This document shows positions 12,059 through 26,000 of a stretch of 64,000 nt of DNA, one piece after another. A model generated the notes under the pieces. That model was not told where the DNA came from. It was given only the letters and a program-made list of their open reading frames with translations, and did not search any database. The position numbers and the translations under genes are program-made. Numbering within the stretch: the first letter of the stretch is position 1; each line of letters opens with the position of its first letter. This DNA is from Diadema antillarum (taxonomy: Eukaryota): assembly GCF_040938485.1 (NCBI RefSeq), contig NW_027271517.1, forward strand, positions 248,001 to 312,000, written 5' to 3'.

Positions 12059-15000
12059 TGTTTATGTTTTTTACATTTAAATATGCTGTAATCTGAGCAT
12101 CTGACAATTTCTGATTCATTTGGAAGTGTGATTCTAAGAGGGAAGAAACCCACAAAGCTTGCATGAGCGGCAGAGACCCAAAAGCTGTGTTGTGATTAGC
12201 TGTGGGCGTGGTGGCGATGCTCCGAACATGGGGACCAGTTGAAAATTGAAAATTCCAGTTGAAAGTATGCCTTATTCCCGGCATACTTTGACAAACTCAT
12301 GTAGTCGAATAGATGGTGATGATAATGATTGTGACACACAGAATGTATGACGTCAGGGCTGTGAATGCTATTTGAGGGAGGTTATACAAGATAGGTACAA
12401 AATGTACTTTCCCTCCTCAGAACTTTGAACTTCTTTGGTGGATCACTCCATATGTTCTGTCCCACGCTGGTCATCATCTATGCAATCTTCTCGAGGGTAT
12501 ACTTCAAATCAGCCAACGAGAAAAGTTCCCCGGACTTATTTGTCTTAGCCTCAAGCAAGTAAAATCGTTGAAGTGGCTCCCCTGAGGTTGAAGAAATGAT
12601 ATTGCCAATATGTCAGTAAATAAGTAATGATTATGGTCTGTGGATGTCTTGAACTATAAGGATACCCATCAAAATTTTGCAAGAAAAGATGAAGGGTTGC
12701 CTGATTGGGGTGAAGTTTCAGTGACAAATATTAAAATGATCAAGAAATGGAAATTGAACATGCTTGTCAAAAGTTCAAAGTAAAGCAGGACGTCCTGTTC
12801 ATGAGACAGAGATGGGATTTTTGTGGGGAAAAAGAAATGGTTATGGAAGTAGAGGATCAGTTTGTATTAAGCTGTGAGTAGGAAAGGAGGAATTGCATTT
12901 TATTAGTATAAAATTATCTAGGCCGCTGTTTCAGAAAAAAAAAGAAGAAGATGAAAATAGCATTTATCCCGTGTTAACAGCCCTTTCAAGTCTACTCAAC
13001 ATCTTTAAATAAGTGCCAATTAGACAGGATGTGATAAAGGAGTCCCACTTTTACTCTTTTCCCTTTTGATCTTGAGGTAGAGGTTTTTGGATTTTTGTTA
13101 TTTAGGGAACAATTACTTGACAACAGGCTACATCTTTGGATCTTTGGTCGTTGCAGCTCTTGCTGTGTGGGATGTAATACGACAGGCCTGAGTAGAACAT
13201 GGTATTTTCTTATGACTTCATTTGATGTAAATAGTAGGAAAGTTGAAATCCGATATATTTTATTTCAGTGGATATAATGGTAAGATATGATATACGTAGT
13301 AGCGACACATCATTTTGTTAGCAATTTTGGGTTAACATCATGTACAGTTTCTCTTTTTTCTTCTTTGAAAAAAAAATAGATCCTCAAGATCATGAAGATT
13401 TAAGGATTAAAACATTCTCAAAACTAAAATGCCAAGAAATTAAATAAACAGTTGATTTCATATTTCCCCAAGCATTTCTAGTAATTGAGCTAATGTCACG
13501 TCTGTCTGTACAGTCAAACCTTTTAATGTGTTTTATATCATTTGCAATTGAGTTGGATATTATGTGGGTTAAGTGGTTTCTCCAGAATGAAATTTTCACG
13601 AATCGGAGCCGACGGCCTTTCCCACGGCATGAAGTTTTCGCAAAGTGCCTCTGGCATTCGATGCATATAGCGTAGACAAAAAGATTTCATGTCCATTTTA
13701 ATTTCGCAAATCTTGGCTGTCGCAAAATTTGTGGAATTAAAATGCACGCGAATATTCCTTGTTTTACAGTAGATGTGGCGTATGCGGAGTTTACTGTAAT
13801 TAGTTTGTGGGAGATGAAGTTTGATTTGAATGTCTCTTTTGGTTTGGCACTGAGGAATCTCCAGACTGTTACTTGCGTCAAGTATTTCCATTCCCTTCAA
13901 AGATGTAATGCTGTACTTTCTTGAAAGATTTGTATCAACATGAGGGAGGGAGAAAAATAAAAAAGAAGAGAAAACAAACACCCAACAGTAATTCGCACAA
14001 AATTTGTATTTGAAATGTTATCTCAAATTATTTATCATCAACGGTATGCAGTAATAGAAGTTGTATATATATATATGCAAATATTTTCTGGGTTGTTGTT
14101 CAGCAATTATCTCTTGATTACGTGTAGCGGTGTGCAGAAGTATGGCGCTTATTAAAAGCAGATTTGGTCTGCTTTGTGGGAAGTTAGTCAGTTTTTCAAT
14201 GTTCTGACAGTCACCATAGGTGACAGAAAATGTTTGGCTCTTTCAAAAAGAAAAGAAAAAGAAAAGCCACTAAAATGTGTTTGAGATGGGGAAGGAGGGA
14301 AAAGGAACAGCAGAGAGACGGACATGAAAGATGGCACTGTCACGATTCCTCTTTAGATTTTAATATCTGTGTTTTCTCCATGCTTTTTTATCCAGCTTAG
14401 GAGCAATTTATTAATATCAAATGTATGGAACACAGCCAGATGAAAATGTGTACTCACAAAATTAATAACTTTTGTTTCTGGGATTTCATAGGTGTGAATA
14501 ACTCTGGTTCCTGTGAAGAACTAACAGAATGTTTGTATTATTAATTTATATATTTTTTATTATCATTATTATTATTTTTTTGTTGTTGAGGGGTTGGGGT
14601 TGGAGTTTATTTTTGTTGATCGACGTTTTGAAACCCATGGAAACTATTTACTTGAATGTGTAATCCCGATATCTCACCAATGACCAGAGGCTAGGTCAGA
14701 ATAAAAGTTCAGTGGTAGGTCCAGTGGTGTCCTTGTCAATTTAGATGGTCAGGTGCTGTTCCAATTTTTCTCCCCCTGTACAATCATTTCTATATATATT
14801 GCACGATTGCGTTGCCTTCCGTTTTACCTTTGTATCTATACTCGGCAGAAAGACACTCCTAAGGAAGTTTTTATTGCCACGAAAGAATGAAACCTTTGGT
14901 GTCAGTCTCTGGTGTAAAGTAGAATATTCAAGTATTTCATTATATGATGACATAGAATCACCTTGCAATATGAATTGTGAAATGGAGAAGAAAAAGAGCA

Positions 15001-17344
15001 ATGTCCACATCTTTTCAAAAATCTCGATGAGATTTTTACGGACACAAATGTCTGTGATAACATAGGCCTGAGTCATATTCTAACATGAATACCACATGTG
15101 AGAGATATATGTGACATTTGATTCTCCGATCTGCATGACAAATTGTATAGTATGTACAGTTGTAAAAAAAGAAAAAGAAAATAAAGCTTGACTTTATAAT
15201 TGTACATACATGATTGCTAGAAACATGCATTGTTGCACAGATGTTTCTTAAGCAAGTTTTTCCCTAGCTTTCAAATTTTGTATACAGCAACATGATTTAG
15301 TGTCCAAACTTGTTGGGATTCAGACCATTAATATTCATGCGAAGACTTTGATCTCTTAAACGGATGTCCCAAAGAACAGTCCACATCTTGGATACATCTG
15401 TGATGTACTGGGGTAGTTAGCTTACATCGAGTAGGTTGATACTGTCTGCAGTGTTTTCTTTTATTCCATCCAGAGTGTGAAGACTATATGTATTATCGGC
15501 TGGCTCACACTTGAAGCATACCTGTTTTGTATATTTAGATCAGTGATTTAATTTGATTCAACATTTTCCTCAAGAAAGTACAACTGTAGAGATTTTTTTT
15601 TCTTCATATTTTCAAAGTGTTGTGCAAAAATAGGGATTTTGTAACTTGCTCGAAATTCACTTTGGGACGTTTATAGTTGTCTGTATGGAACTTGGGAGCA
15701 CATGTCCATAATGAGATTTATTTTCCGGATACAAAGGCCGTGGCTATAAAAGATATGTTTGTGAACATTCAGTTTATTGGTTCACAGAAAACCTCACAAA
15801 GCATTGATGAAGTTCCCGCCAAATTTGGTGCAGGGCTTACGCAATGCTGATACATGTACAGGACTTTCCACTGGGTCGAGTTATACTGGATGTATAGATA
15901 GACACTCAAAAAGAAAAGTTATGATTTTTCAAGATATGCAAGTACAGGTACATTGTATTGAGATTCTCCCACACCTGTTGCCAACACTAATTATGACAGA
16001 ATGATGCACAGTATTTTGCAATCTTTGTGTAATCAGGGCAAAAGTGAAGATTATATTCTATGAAGTTATGATGACTGTGGGTGAACTTGGAGACACAGCT
16101 GCTGAAAGTCGGTGTTCAAGGATGAACTCTTCTAAAACGGATATCTAGACTGACTACCTGAATTCATTGTCGAGACAAGCCCACTGCCTCTGGAAACAAG
16201 TCTCCCACATGTAGCTGTTCTTGTATACACAGCATGTGTTGAATCTTACAGGCTTTCATGCGCCAAGAGTTTCGCTAATGATAGATACGATGCATTATAA
16301 ATGTACTTTCTTATTATATAATAATATTATTATTATGTAACACGTTAGGGCAATTATCCTATCTAGTAGGCAATGGACTGAACGCAGAGGACAATGTTTA
16401 ACTCTAGACAGACATTAGCTAGAGGGAAATAATAGAATGGTGAAATACTAAACACAAGATCGACAAATTACATCATGCAGGTCAAAATAAGCAGATTGAT
16501 ATGAATAAGAAGAAACGGAGGCACATTAACCTATTTGTTAATGCGATCTCGAGGTTTTTCTTTTGAGAATATATGGGGATAAATTACAATGTGTTTATGT
16601 ATTGTCAAATGTCAGACATAAATGACCATGTTTGTAATTAAGATGTTCTCTACTGCATAGATTTGAATAAATATGAAATGATTCCAGATGCGAGTGAGCT
16701 GCAAAGTGCTTTTATTTACCAACCAGTACTGATAATGCATGCAAAATACAAAACTACCACACACAATCACAGTAACATTCATATTACAGCATATCCTCTG
16801 TAATTTCTAACCTGGCATTGCAGGACTTGTGTCTATTAAGTACTGTCAACATTAGAAGTGTGTTTGTTGAGTACTGTATCCATTAAAAGTAATGCTTCAG
16901 CAGTATAAAGAAGCAGACTAGAACAAGTGAGTGAGATGCGAAGTGCTTATACACGTATTTAGCAACCAGTACTGCTGACGCATACTTAACACAAAACTAG
17001 CTAACATGATCATAGTACATTCTTATGACAGCATATCCACTTGAGCGACTTTCCTAACCGTACATTGCATGACAAATAATTACGAATACTGTATACATTA
17101 AAAAGTAATGCTTCAGCAGTATCCTTTCTACAAACTAAAAACCAAGACTACAGTAGTACAGGTGCATTCTGGGCATTTTTAGAACCAGCTGGCGGGTTTT
17201 TATCTAAACTTTATTATTTGTTCTACATAATGTCCTTGAAAGTAAAGAAAAGAAGAATCTTTGGACGTCTAATGAAATGATTTTAATAAGCTTCAGAAGA
17301 CTCTACAAAACAGGGCCTACAGACCATGATGATTGCCTTTACTA

Positions 17345-17463
17345 GGGCCCCGTTTTATCAAAAGATACAATCGAGTTTAAATTTCCTTAACACACAGGCT
17401 ACCATAGACTTCTGATAGATTTCAACTTTATAATCAATTTCAACTCTTCATAAAACAGGGCCC
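17345..17463. mobile_element. 119-bp MITE
   Basis: Inverted ends gggccccgttttat / ataaaacagggccc. Confidence 0.5.
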
Positions 17464-20053
17464 AGGTTTCTCACTATATCAGGTACAAAAACAAAGAAAT
17501 ACCAGAACATGTATAAAGAGTTCGGACCTGCAAAATCACTTGACACAAGTGTTTTATCAATATGTATGTATGACCTATTTAATAACATGGTTAACTATTA
17601 ATTTACAATAAAACTCTTCAAAAACAAAAGTGTCATCTTTTGTCCCAAGGAGTTTGTTGTAAAGGGAGTTAACGGTCTGATAGTAATGGAAATCTAAATT
17701 AACCAAAAATCAAATTTTGGCATTGACCATCTGGTGGAACGCTCTGAAACTTTGCAGCAATTATGATACGGCCATTCTCTCTCAGTATAAACCCCAATGA
17801 TAAAATAGCTGACAAACAACCAACTGGATGTGTGGCGATTAGTCTTTTCATAATATTGCAATTAAAACACAGTAAGACTGCCCAAGTCTTTAACTTGTGC
17901 CTACTCACCTTAACTTTATCCAACTTTAATTTATTCTACATGATCAGAGTTACTTCAACTTGAAATGAAGTATTTATGAGTAGAATTACTTGGTATTCTC
18001 AGCACTTCCGCTCGCGTTTAAAGCACAATCGTATCCTTAATACGCAGATTGACATGTTAACTTAACGATGACAGAATACCGTTCAAAAGAACTTGTCTCT
18101 TGCCAAGACAGACATACTATTCTTGCCTGAATGCCAGCAATTACACTGAAAAAAAAAATGGCTTTCTGTAACAAGGTGACAGTTCTGGACATGACATACA
18201 TTGTAGTTATGAGAACACTTGTTATTTGGCACAACAATAACATGCAAAATACTGCGTAAACCATGAACAGTGTACCAATGATCAATACTGGTACACTGAT
18301 CGATACTGACAAAAAAAACAAAAATAACAAGTTTGGTGATTTGACAATCGTAAGCACTCTATTCACTAACATTCTGTCCCAATCTCAAATACTCCTGGTC
18401 CTCAAGAGTGCAACATTCATGGTCTCAATTTTTCTAGAGCATGATTGCTTTCTGTTTTTGCTTTTGTACACAATTAAAAAGTGCAGTACTATCAAAAGCA
18501 AAATTGTATTCTAAAAGATGAGTTTTCATTCACAGTTGGCAAGAAATTTGTGGAGTATGACAAAATGGCAAGCATCTGACATGAATGGCTAGATATAGTG
18601 ATTGACTCTGTACCAACAATCACATAAATATCATCTTAATACTTCATATCCAGCAGATCTCCACTACTCTAACTCTGTACCAGGCAGAGAAATTTTACCA
18701 TCTACACCAGTTTAGGTAGTGGTCCACTCCTGCGCCCCTCCTCGAAAATTTCATATCAGGATGGTAAAACCTCTTCGTTAAGTTCATCCCACTTTCTCAA
18801 AACTGTTGCAATTAATTTCCACAAGGAACAGATTGAGTGATTTTGGTCTTGTATCCTTTGGTGATGCATTATATTTTGACTAACAAACAAAATGTGATTA
18901 ATCACTAACACATCGAGAACTGGGGGAATTTTGCTTCAGATATGATCACCTCATTAGTATAAAATTGGCAACTATGAAGTTTACTGCATATCTTGTATTG
19001 GAAACAAGTTAGATGGAACCAGTTACATTCTATAAATTTACACAAGAGCAGAAGGAAATTTACAATTTACAGAAATTTGAAAATTTAAAAGTGAGAAACA
19101 GGAACTTAAACTTTGAAAATGTGTTGCCAATTTGCAAATCAGCTTTAAATTCAGCAATTATGAGGCTTTTGAAAACTCTGCAAATGAAACAAAGAATTGT
19201 ATACGAACAACATGCTTGAATGAAAGAAACTTTTTTTTTTTAAACTCTACCTAGGAAAACTGAAACAAGGAATCGTATATGAACAACAATGTGCTGGAAT
19301 ACAACAAAACTTTTTTTTTTCCACTCGACCTCATGAAACACTAACAATGTAAAGTAAAAGTTGTGATAAAAAAATATCAAGCATCAAACCATTAAAGTGT
19401 GGTTTCCAGAACTCCATGGGTCTACACAGGAGTTCAACATCTACGTGTCCTATGTAAAATCAGACGGATCAAAGATAAAATGCCTTGGAATTACAAAATG
19501 AATGCACTGCTTAACTGATAATATATATACATTTTTTTAATTACTGACATACTGGAATTCTGGGATATGGCATTTTTCACCCCTAAGTACTGAAAGCTGC
19601 CAACAGAAACTGTTCCAAATCATTAAGTGTGACACATGAGTAAGAAAAATGCTACAGAGAAAAGATGCCATTATAACACGCATAACACGCTATAATTAGG
19701 GTGAATTGTCATCGAGGCTAGATGAGTGAATTTTGCTCTTTTAAAATGACGGAAACTAGTTTTATGGTGAGATCCTCTCACATATGTGTCGGCTCATCTG
19801 TACAAAACAGTTGCCTAATGTTGATGTGGGATATGGGACAGGGAAACCGAGCTTGCGTACAACAAAGTAACAAGCACACCGACAACTAGGCACCACTTTT
19901 AACACGGTGAATTTGGCGGTCCAGATTCGCTGTTACTGTATTTACCTGGACGCTCTTTTAGTGTGTCTATGACGAAGTACCCATTATAATGAGGTAGAAT
20001 CGCAGTCATGGTAACCTCATCATTACAGGTTTCTCTGGATTGTTCTGTTTTAG

Positions 20054-23000
20054 CTATCTTGATAATCTTTTCCTCTTCCTTGCCGAGAGTCGCACAATTT
20101 GTGGAAAGCTCTCTGCATCGCTCCTGAGATAAACAAACAAAAGTGATATAGAGGGAGAGAGGAAGAGAGGGAGATAATAATAATAGTCATAATAAACTGC
20201 AAATGCTCCTTCAGAAAGAGTGTACTGAACATTCATCAAATACCATCACTTACAGGTTGCTTGTACAACTCTCAAATCTACATGTACATCATAATGCAAC
20301 AAAAAGAAAGTCTTCTTTTCCTTGGCTAGATTTATAAAATTGGTGTTTTACGCCGTAAACATAATTTGTAACAACCCTGCTTGTCCTCTCAAATATCCAT
20401 GAGAATTACCTGAAATATCAAGTTACTACATTTCATTGCATGCATGGACACCTTGATAAATCTACCTGAAATCTAAATAAGGGCATTTCACTAACTGAAA
20501 AAGAATTAATATAATGATTGTCTTACGCATCATTGCTGCCAACGCCATCTTCGTTGAAGTCCAACATACGACGCACATTGGCCCTATCTTTCATCGGGGA
20601 ACCTGCGCCTGGTCTTGCTCTCCTCTGCATGTTGGTTCCCAGGGGAGGAGTTGCTGCATATCCAGAGTGCGAGTCTTTGAAGACACCATACCTCCTCGGG
20701 GAGCGTCTGAGGTCGCTCCCTTCAGCGTGATGATTGGTCGCCTTGTTTGGCAAACAATCGGGAACGGACGGCTTCACGGGTGAGTGTGAGGGATTTCTGT
20801 CAACCTTCATCCCTGCCTCAGAGTTGGCACAATCATTGGAACTGGGTTGAGTTGCTTGCTTACATGTATCTGCACCACACATATTCCTCCTTAATCGCAA
20901 ATATCTAGGGCTAGTTCTTACAGCTTGGGTCTGAATTGCTGTGTAGTCTTTGGTGAATGCGTTTCTGCAAATTTCTGGAGACGGCGTGGAGGTTTTCTTG
21001 TCCGATGACGCTGGCGTTTGACGTCTCTGCTTGCCTGGTGATAAGTCTGAATTACTGTCGTAAATACAGGACTGTGCTTCTTGGCATCTGCTTCTAGTTG
21101 ACATGGAAGGGGAGCTGTTAAGAATGTTATCCATGGCTGTGCGTGGCACAGGGGAGGAGGTCAATGACTTCAGGCTGTCCAGATTTCTCAGCCTCCTGAC
21201 GACCACCACGGATGGACGGGTGTCTGATTGTTCATCTTCAGAGTCTGGGATGATCGTTTCTGTGGAATGATCATTTGATGCTTGCACTGTTCCCGACTTC
21301 TCCTGAGGTTTTCCATCATCTTTGGTTGCTGCGCTCTCTCTTGGCGGTGACCCTCCGTTAGACATCCATCTGTCGTTAACATGCACAAATTTTGAGATGT
21401 CGGCATTGTCTGCACTGTGGCTGCGCTCTGACAAATCCTCATCCGTTTCTGCGCACATGGTATGGCCTCTTGACATGTTCCCTTTACCTGGATCAGTAGT
21501 TTCTTCACTTGCATTGATAAGTGCATTATCTGACCAGGAGGCCACCCTTGATCTGGTGATTACCCCACCTCTGGGAGATCGTCTCCTGCCGTGTATCAGG
21601 GATTCACACTGTTTTGATGGCATTCCTGTACCATGTCCTTCAGATGCAGCTCCCTTCACTCGCTTTCTTGGGGACCTTCGCAGATTGGGAGTACCACTGT
21701 GAAATGACTCCACAGCTCCATTCTGAACATCATTCTTTCCACAATTCATAGAGGGAGGTGCAAAATCTTCTGGCTGGTTCTCTTGCCACATTGATTCCTG
21801 GCTGCCCTTCTTGCTTGACAGTCTCAGCGATCTGCGCTGCACCACATTCACATTTCTTTGGTTGAATGCCATTTCCATGGCAACATCATCTACCATGACA
21901 ACATGGTCTTCTGGAGGAGCAACCCCTCTTGCATCACTTTCTCTCTGGTCTTCAGCATCCTCTGACTCTGCATCATCACTTTCCTCTCTCACGGTGAGCA
22001 CTGGGTCAACATCATCAGGATTGAGACAAGGGGAGACGTTACTAGGACCGGCGACGTCGTCAGGAATGGGATTAGGAGGAATACTGCTCATGATGTCTGC
22101 ACCCTCTTTGGCAAACATTGCAACATCATCTTCTATCTCCTGCACATCATCTGCTCCCCCTTGTGGTTGGTCTCTGTGATCCGCTGGATCGTCCTCCACC
22201 ACTTCTACATCGTCCGGCTTGTTTTTAACAGTCTGTGGGTGGGGTACTTCCTCCAGACACAGAACATCGTCTGGGCTGTACCTTGAAGCATCTGAAGGAC
22301 TTGCTTGTCTGTTCATCTGTTCCTGATGCAGAATGACTTCATCAGAGTCCTGTGAAAAATGAAAGATTCAAAAGGCAATGATGATATTGATAAAGTTGGG
22401 CATTGCATACTTTCTCCAGCAACTCTGCCTTAAGCTCTCAAAACACAAAATAAAATATGATATAATATACAAGCCAGTGGAGCCACTTCCTGATCGTTGA
22501 TCCAACTTGGGCATCACCCTGGTAACCAGGAAATCATTTGAATAAAAGCTGTAACATTTTCTGGACAAAAACCTAATATTGCAATCTGATTGCATGCTGT
22601 GACTGAAGGAACAAAGCAGGAGCATCATTAAAGTTACAAAGAGAACAATACTCTGGGCAAGTACAAGGAAGTACAGGAAAATACAGGGAATGGCATGATT
22701 CAAAGGGTGTGTTCGAGCGCTTTCCTAAAGCGAACTGTACCGTACCGTACCCACGCCAGAGGAGCGTTCGAACGCTCCTAAAGTGTACCGTACCGTACTG
22801 TACCGAGCCAAAAGTGGACCACTTCCCGATGTGTTCCAAAAGCGTACCAAAGCGTACCAAAAGTTCGGCTGTAAAGCATGCGCGTATCATGCGCATACGT
22901 CACAATGCTATAACATCATTCTCGTTGTTCGGGACAGCTGTCAGTAGTTCAAGTGCCAGGTGGATGACATTCTTCCTAAAAATGCGTGACCTTTACTAAA

Positions 23001-26000
23001 CATAACTCGTGAGGAACGCTTTCTCAACAGAGCGCTCGAACTCTCCCCAACTGGCATGGTACGGTACGGTACGCTTTAGTTCAGTTCGCTTTGGTTCGCT
23101 TAAGGTCTGAATTGCTGTGTAGTCTTTGGTGAATGCGTTTCTGCAAATTTCTGGAGACGGCGTGGAGGTTTTCTTGTCCGATGACGCTGGCGTTTGACGT
23201 CTCTGCTTGCCTGGTGATAAGTCTGAATTACTGTCGTAAATACAGGACTGTGCTTCTTGGCATCTGCTTCTAGTTGACATGGAAGGGGAGCTGTTAAGAA
23301 TGTTATCCATGGCTGTGCGTGGCACAGGGGAGGAGGTCAATGACTTCAGGCTGTCCAGATTTCTCAGCCTCCTGACGACCACCACGGATGGACGGGTGTC
23401 TGATTGTTCATCTTCAGAGTCTGGGATGATCGTTTCTGTGGAATGATCATTTGATGCTTGCACTGTTCCCGACTTCTCCTGAGGTTTTCCATCATCTTTG
23501 GTTGCTGCGCTCTCTCTTGGCGGTGACCCTCCGTTAGACATCCATCTGTCGTTAACATGCACAAATTTTGAGATGTCGGCATTGTCTGCACTGTGGCTGC
23601 GCTCTGACAAATCCTCATCCGTTTCTGCGCACATGGTATGGCCTCTTGACATGTTCCCTTTACCTGGATCAGTAGTTTCTTCACTTGCATTGATAAGTGC
23701 ATTATCTGACCAGGAGGCCACCCTTGATCTGGTGATTACCCCACCTCTGGGAGATCGTCTCCTGCCGTGTATCAGGGATTCACACTGTTTTGATGGCATT
23801 CCTGTACCATGTCCTTCAGATGCAGCTCCCTTCACTCGCTTTCTTGGGGACCTTCGCAGATTGGGAGTACCACTGTGAAATGACTCCACAGCTCCATTCT
23901 GAACATCATTCTTTCCACAATTCATAGAGGGAGGTGCAAAATCTTCTGGCTGGTTCTCTTGCCACATTGATTCCTGGCTGCCCTTCTTGCTTGACAGTCT
24001 CAGCGATCTGCGCTGCACCACATTCACATTTCTTTGGTTGAATGCCATTTCCATGGCAACATCATCTACCATGACAACATGGTCTTCTGGAGGAGCAACC
24101 CCTCTTGCATCACTTTCTCTCTGGTCTTCAGCATCCTCTGACTCTGCATCATCACTTTCCTCTCTCACGGTGAGCACTGGGTCAACATCATCAGGATTGA
24201 GACAAGGGGAGACGTTACTAGGACCGGCGACGTCGTCAGGAATGGGATTAGGAGGAATACTGCTCATGATGTCTGCACCCTCTTTGGCAAACATTGCAAC
24301 ATCATCTTCTATCTCCTGCACATCATCTGCTCCCCCTTGTGGTTGGTCTCTGTGATCCGCTGGATCGTCCTCCACCACTTCTACATCGTCCGGCTTGTTT
24401 TTAACAGTCTGTGGGTGGGGTACTTCCTCCAGACACAGAACATCGTCTGGGCTGTACCTTGAAGCATCTGAAGGACTTGCTTGTCTGTTCATCTGTTCCT
24501 GATGCAGAATGACTTCATCAGAGTCCTGTGAAAAATGAAAGATTCAAAAGGCAATGATGATATTGATAAAGTTGGGCATTGCATACTTTCTCCAGCAACT
24601 CTGCCTTAAGCTCTCAAAACACAAAATAAAATATGATATAATATACAAGCCAGTGGAGCCACTTCCTGATCGTTGATCCAACTTGGGCATCACCCTGGTA
24701 ACCAGGAAATCATTTGAATAAAAGCTGTAACATTTTCTGGACAAAAACCTAATATTGCAATCTGATTGCATGCTGTGACTGAAGGAACAAAGCAGGAGCA
24801 TCATTAAAGTTACAAAGAGAACAATACTCTGGGCAAGTACAAGGAAGTACAGGAAAATACAGGGAATGGCATGATTCAAAGGGTGTGTTCGAGCGCTTTC
24901 CTAAAGCGAACTGTACCGTACCGTACCCACGCCAGAGGAGCGTTCGAACGCTCCTAAAGTGTACCGTACCGTACTGTACCGAGCCAAAAGTGGACCACTT
25001 CCCGATGTGTTCCAAAAGCGTACCAAAGCGTACCAAAAGTTCGGCTGTAAAGCATGCGCGTATCATGCGCATACGTCACAATGCTATAACATCATTCTCG
25101 TTGTTCGGGACAGCTGTCAGTAGTTCAAGTGCCAGGTGGATGACATTCTTCCTAAAAATGCGTGACCTTTACTAAACATAACTCGTGAGGAACGCTTTCT
25201 CAACAGAGCGCTCGAACTCTCCCCAACTGGCATGGTACGGTACGGTACGCTTTAGTTCAGTTCGCTTTGGTTCGCTTAAGAGCACTCGAACGCACCCAAA
25301 TACACACAAATATTGGTCCAGCTGATCCAGCTGATTAGGATTTGAACAGGAACCTGCAATGGTCTGAGACAGATGCACTCTCCACTGAGCCAGCACTGAC
25401 ACAAGGCTTGCCATCATGCCATGCCTTACCTCTTTGTCGGAGGCTACCACAATCGCTGCCTCGTTGTCTTCATCATCCGGATCACTTTCACTGGACTCAC
25501 TCCAAGTTCCTGTATCCCATATGGTGCTCAGCTGACTTGTAACAAGCTGCAAAGATATGATTTAATATGATTAGATTATTTCATATTTTTTTTATCTTCT
25601 TTTTTTTTAATGAGAGAGAACAGCACATGCGTCTTGGAACAGTTTCAGAATTTTTCCTCTGATCATTGTAGTTGGAGTTTGTAATACATAACAACCTGTA
25701 ATATGATCCAGCCATGACCCTCAGATAATGACATTTTTTGCTACATTTGATGAATTTTGATACATTCTAGCACATACAACTTTCACTCAAAGTGATTTTC
25801 CTCTGTCTAGGAAATTATTTTTTTTTTCCATTTCTTTCCAGATTTTTCCAGAGGTAAAATTGTGAGCACAGGACACATTACTATGAAAATTCAATGTTAC
25901 AAGTGCATACTTCATATCTGTACAGCATTATGCATGGTCAATACCATTCAATCTGAGAAATGCATTCCCATACCATGTTGTGAAATGCCACAGCAAGAAG

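Larger units (their letters stand above)
20929..25280. repeat. Direct tandem duplication, 2 x 2176 bp, apparently identical
   Basis: Every ORF-track translation in 20929-23104 recurs identically at +2176 (e.g. 21188/23364, 22368/24544, 22709/24885). Junction cgcttaag|gtctgaatt at 23104/23105. Confidence 0.95.

Noticed and set aside
12400-12590. Exon-like island with a weak carnitine-acyltransferase-like peptide (-) or TM-like peptide (+)
   Set aside because: The minus frame has an internal TAG and lacks the expected upstream motif. No partner exons were found, and the resemblance is subjective.
13538-15076. 100-150-aa ORFs in the POR downstream region
   Set aside because: AT-rich, partly repeat-derived sequence with no recognisable domain or splice context.
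20929-25280. LTR pair or retrotransposon
   Set aside because: The copies are directly adjacent with no internal region, no TG..CA ends and no gag/pol. The content is host exon, intron and MITE.
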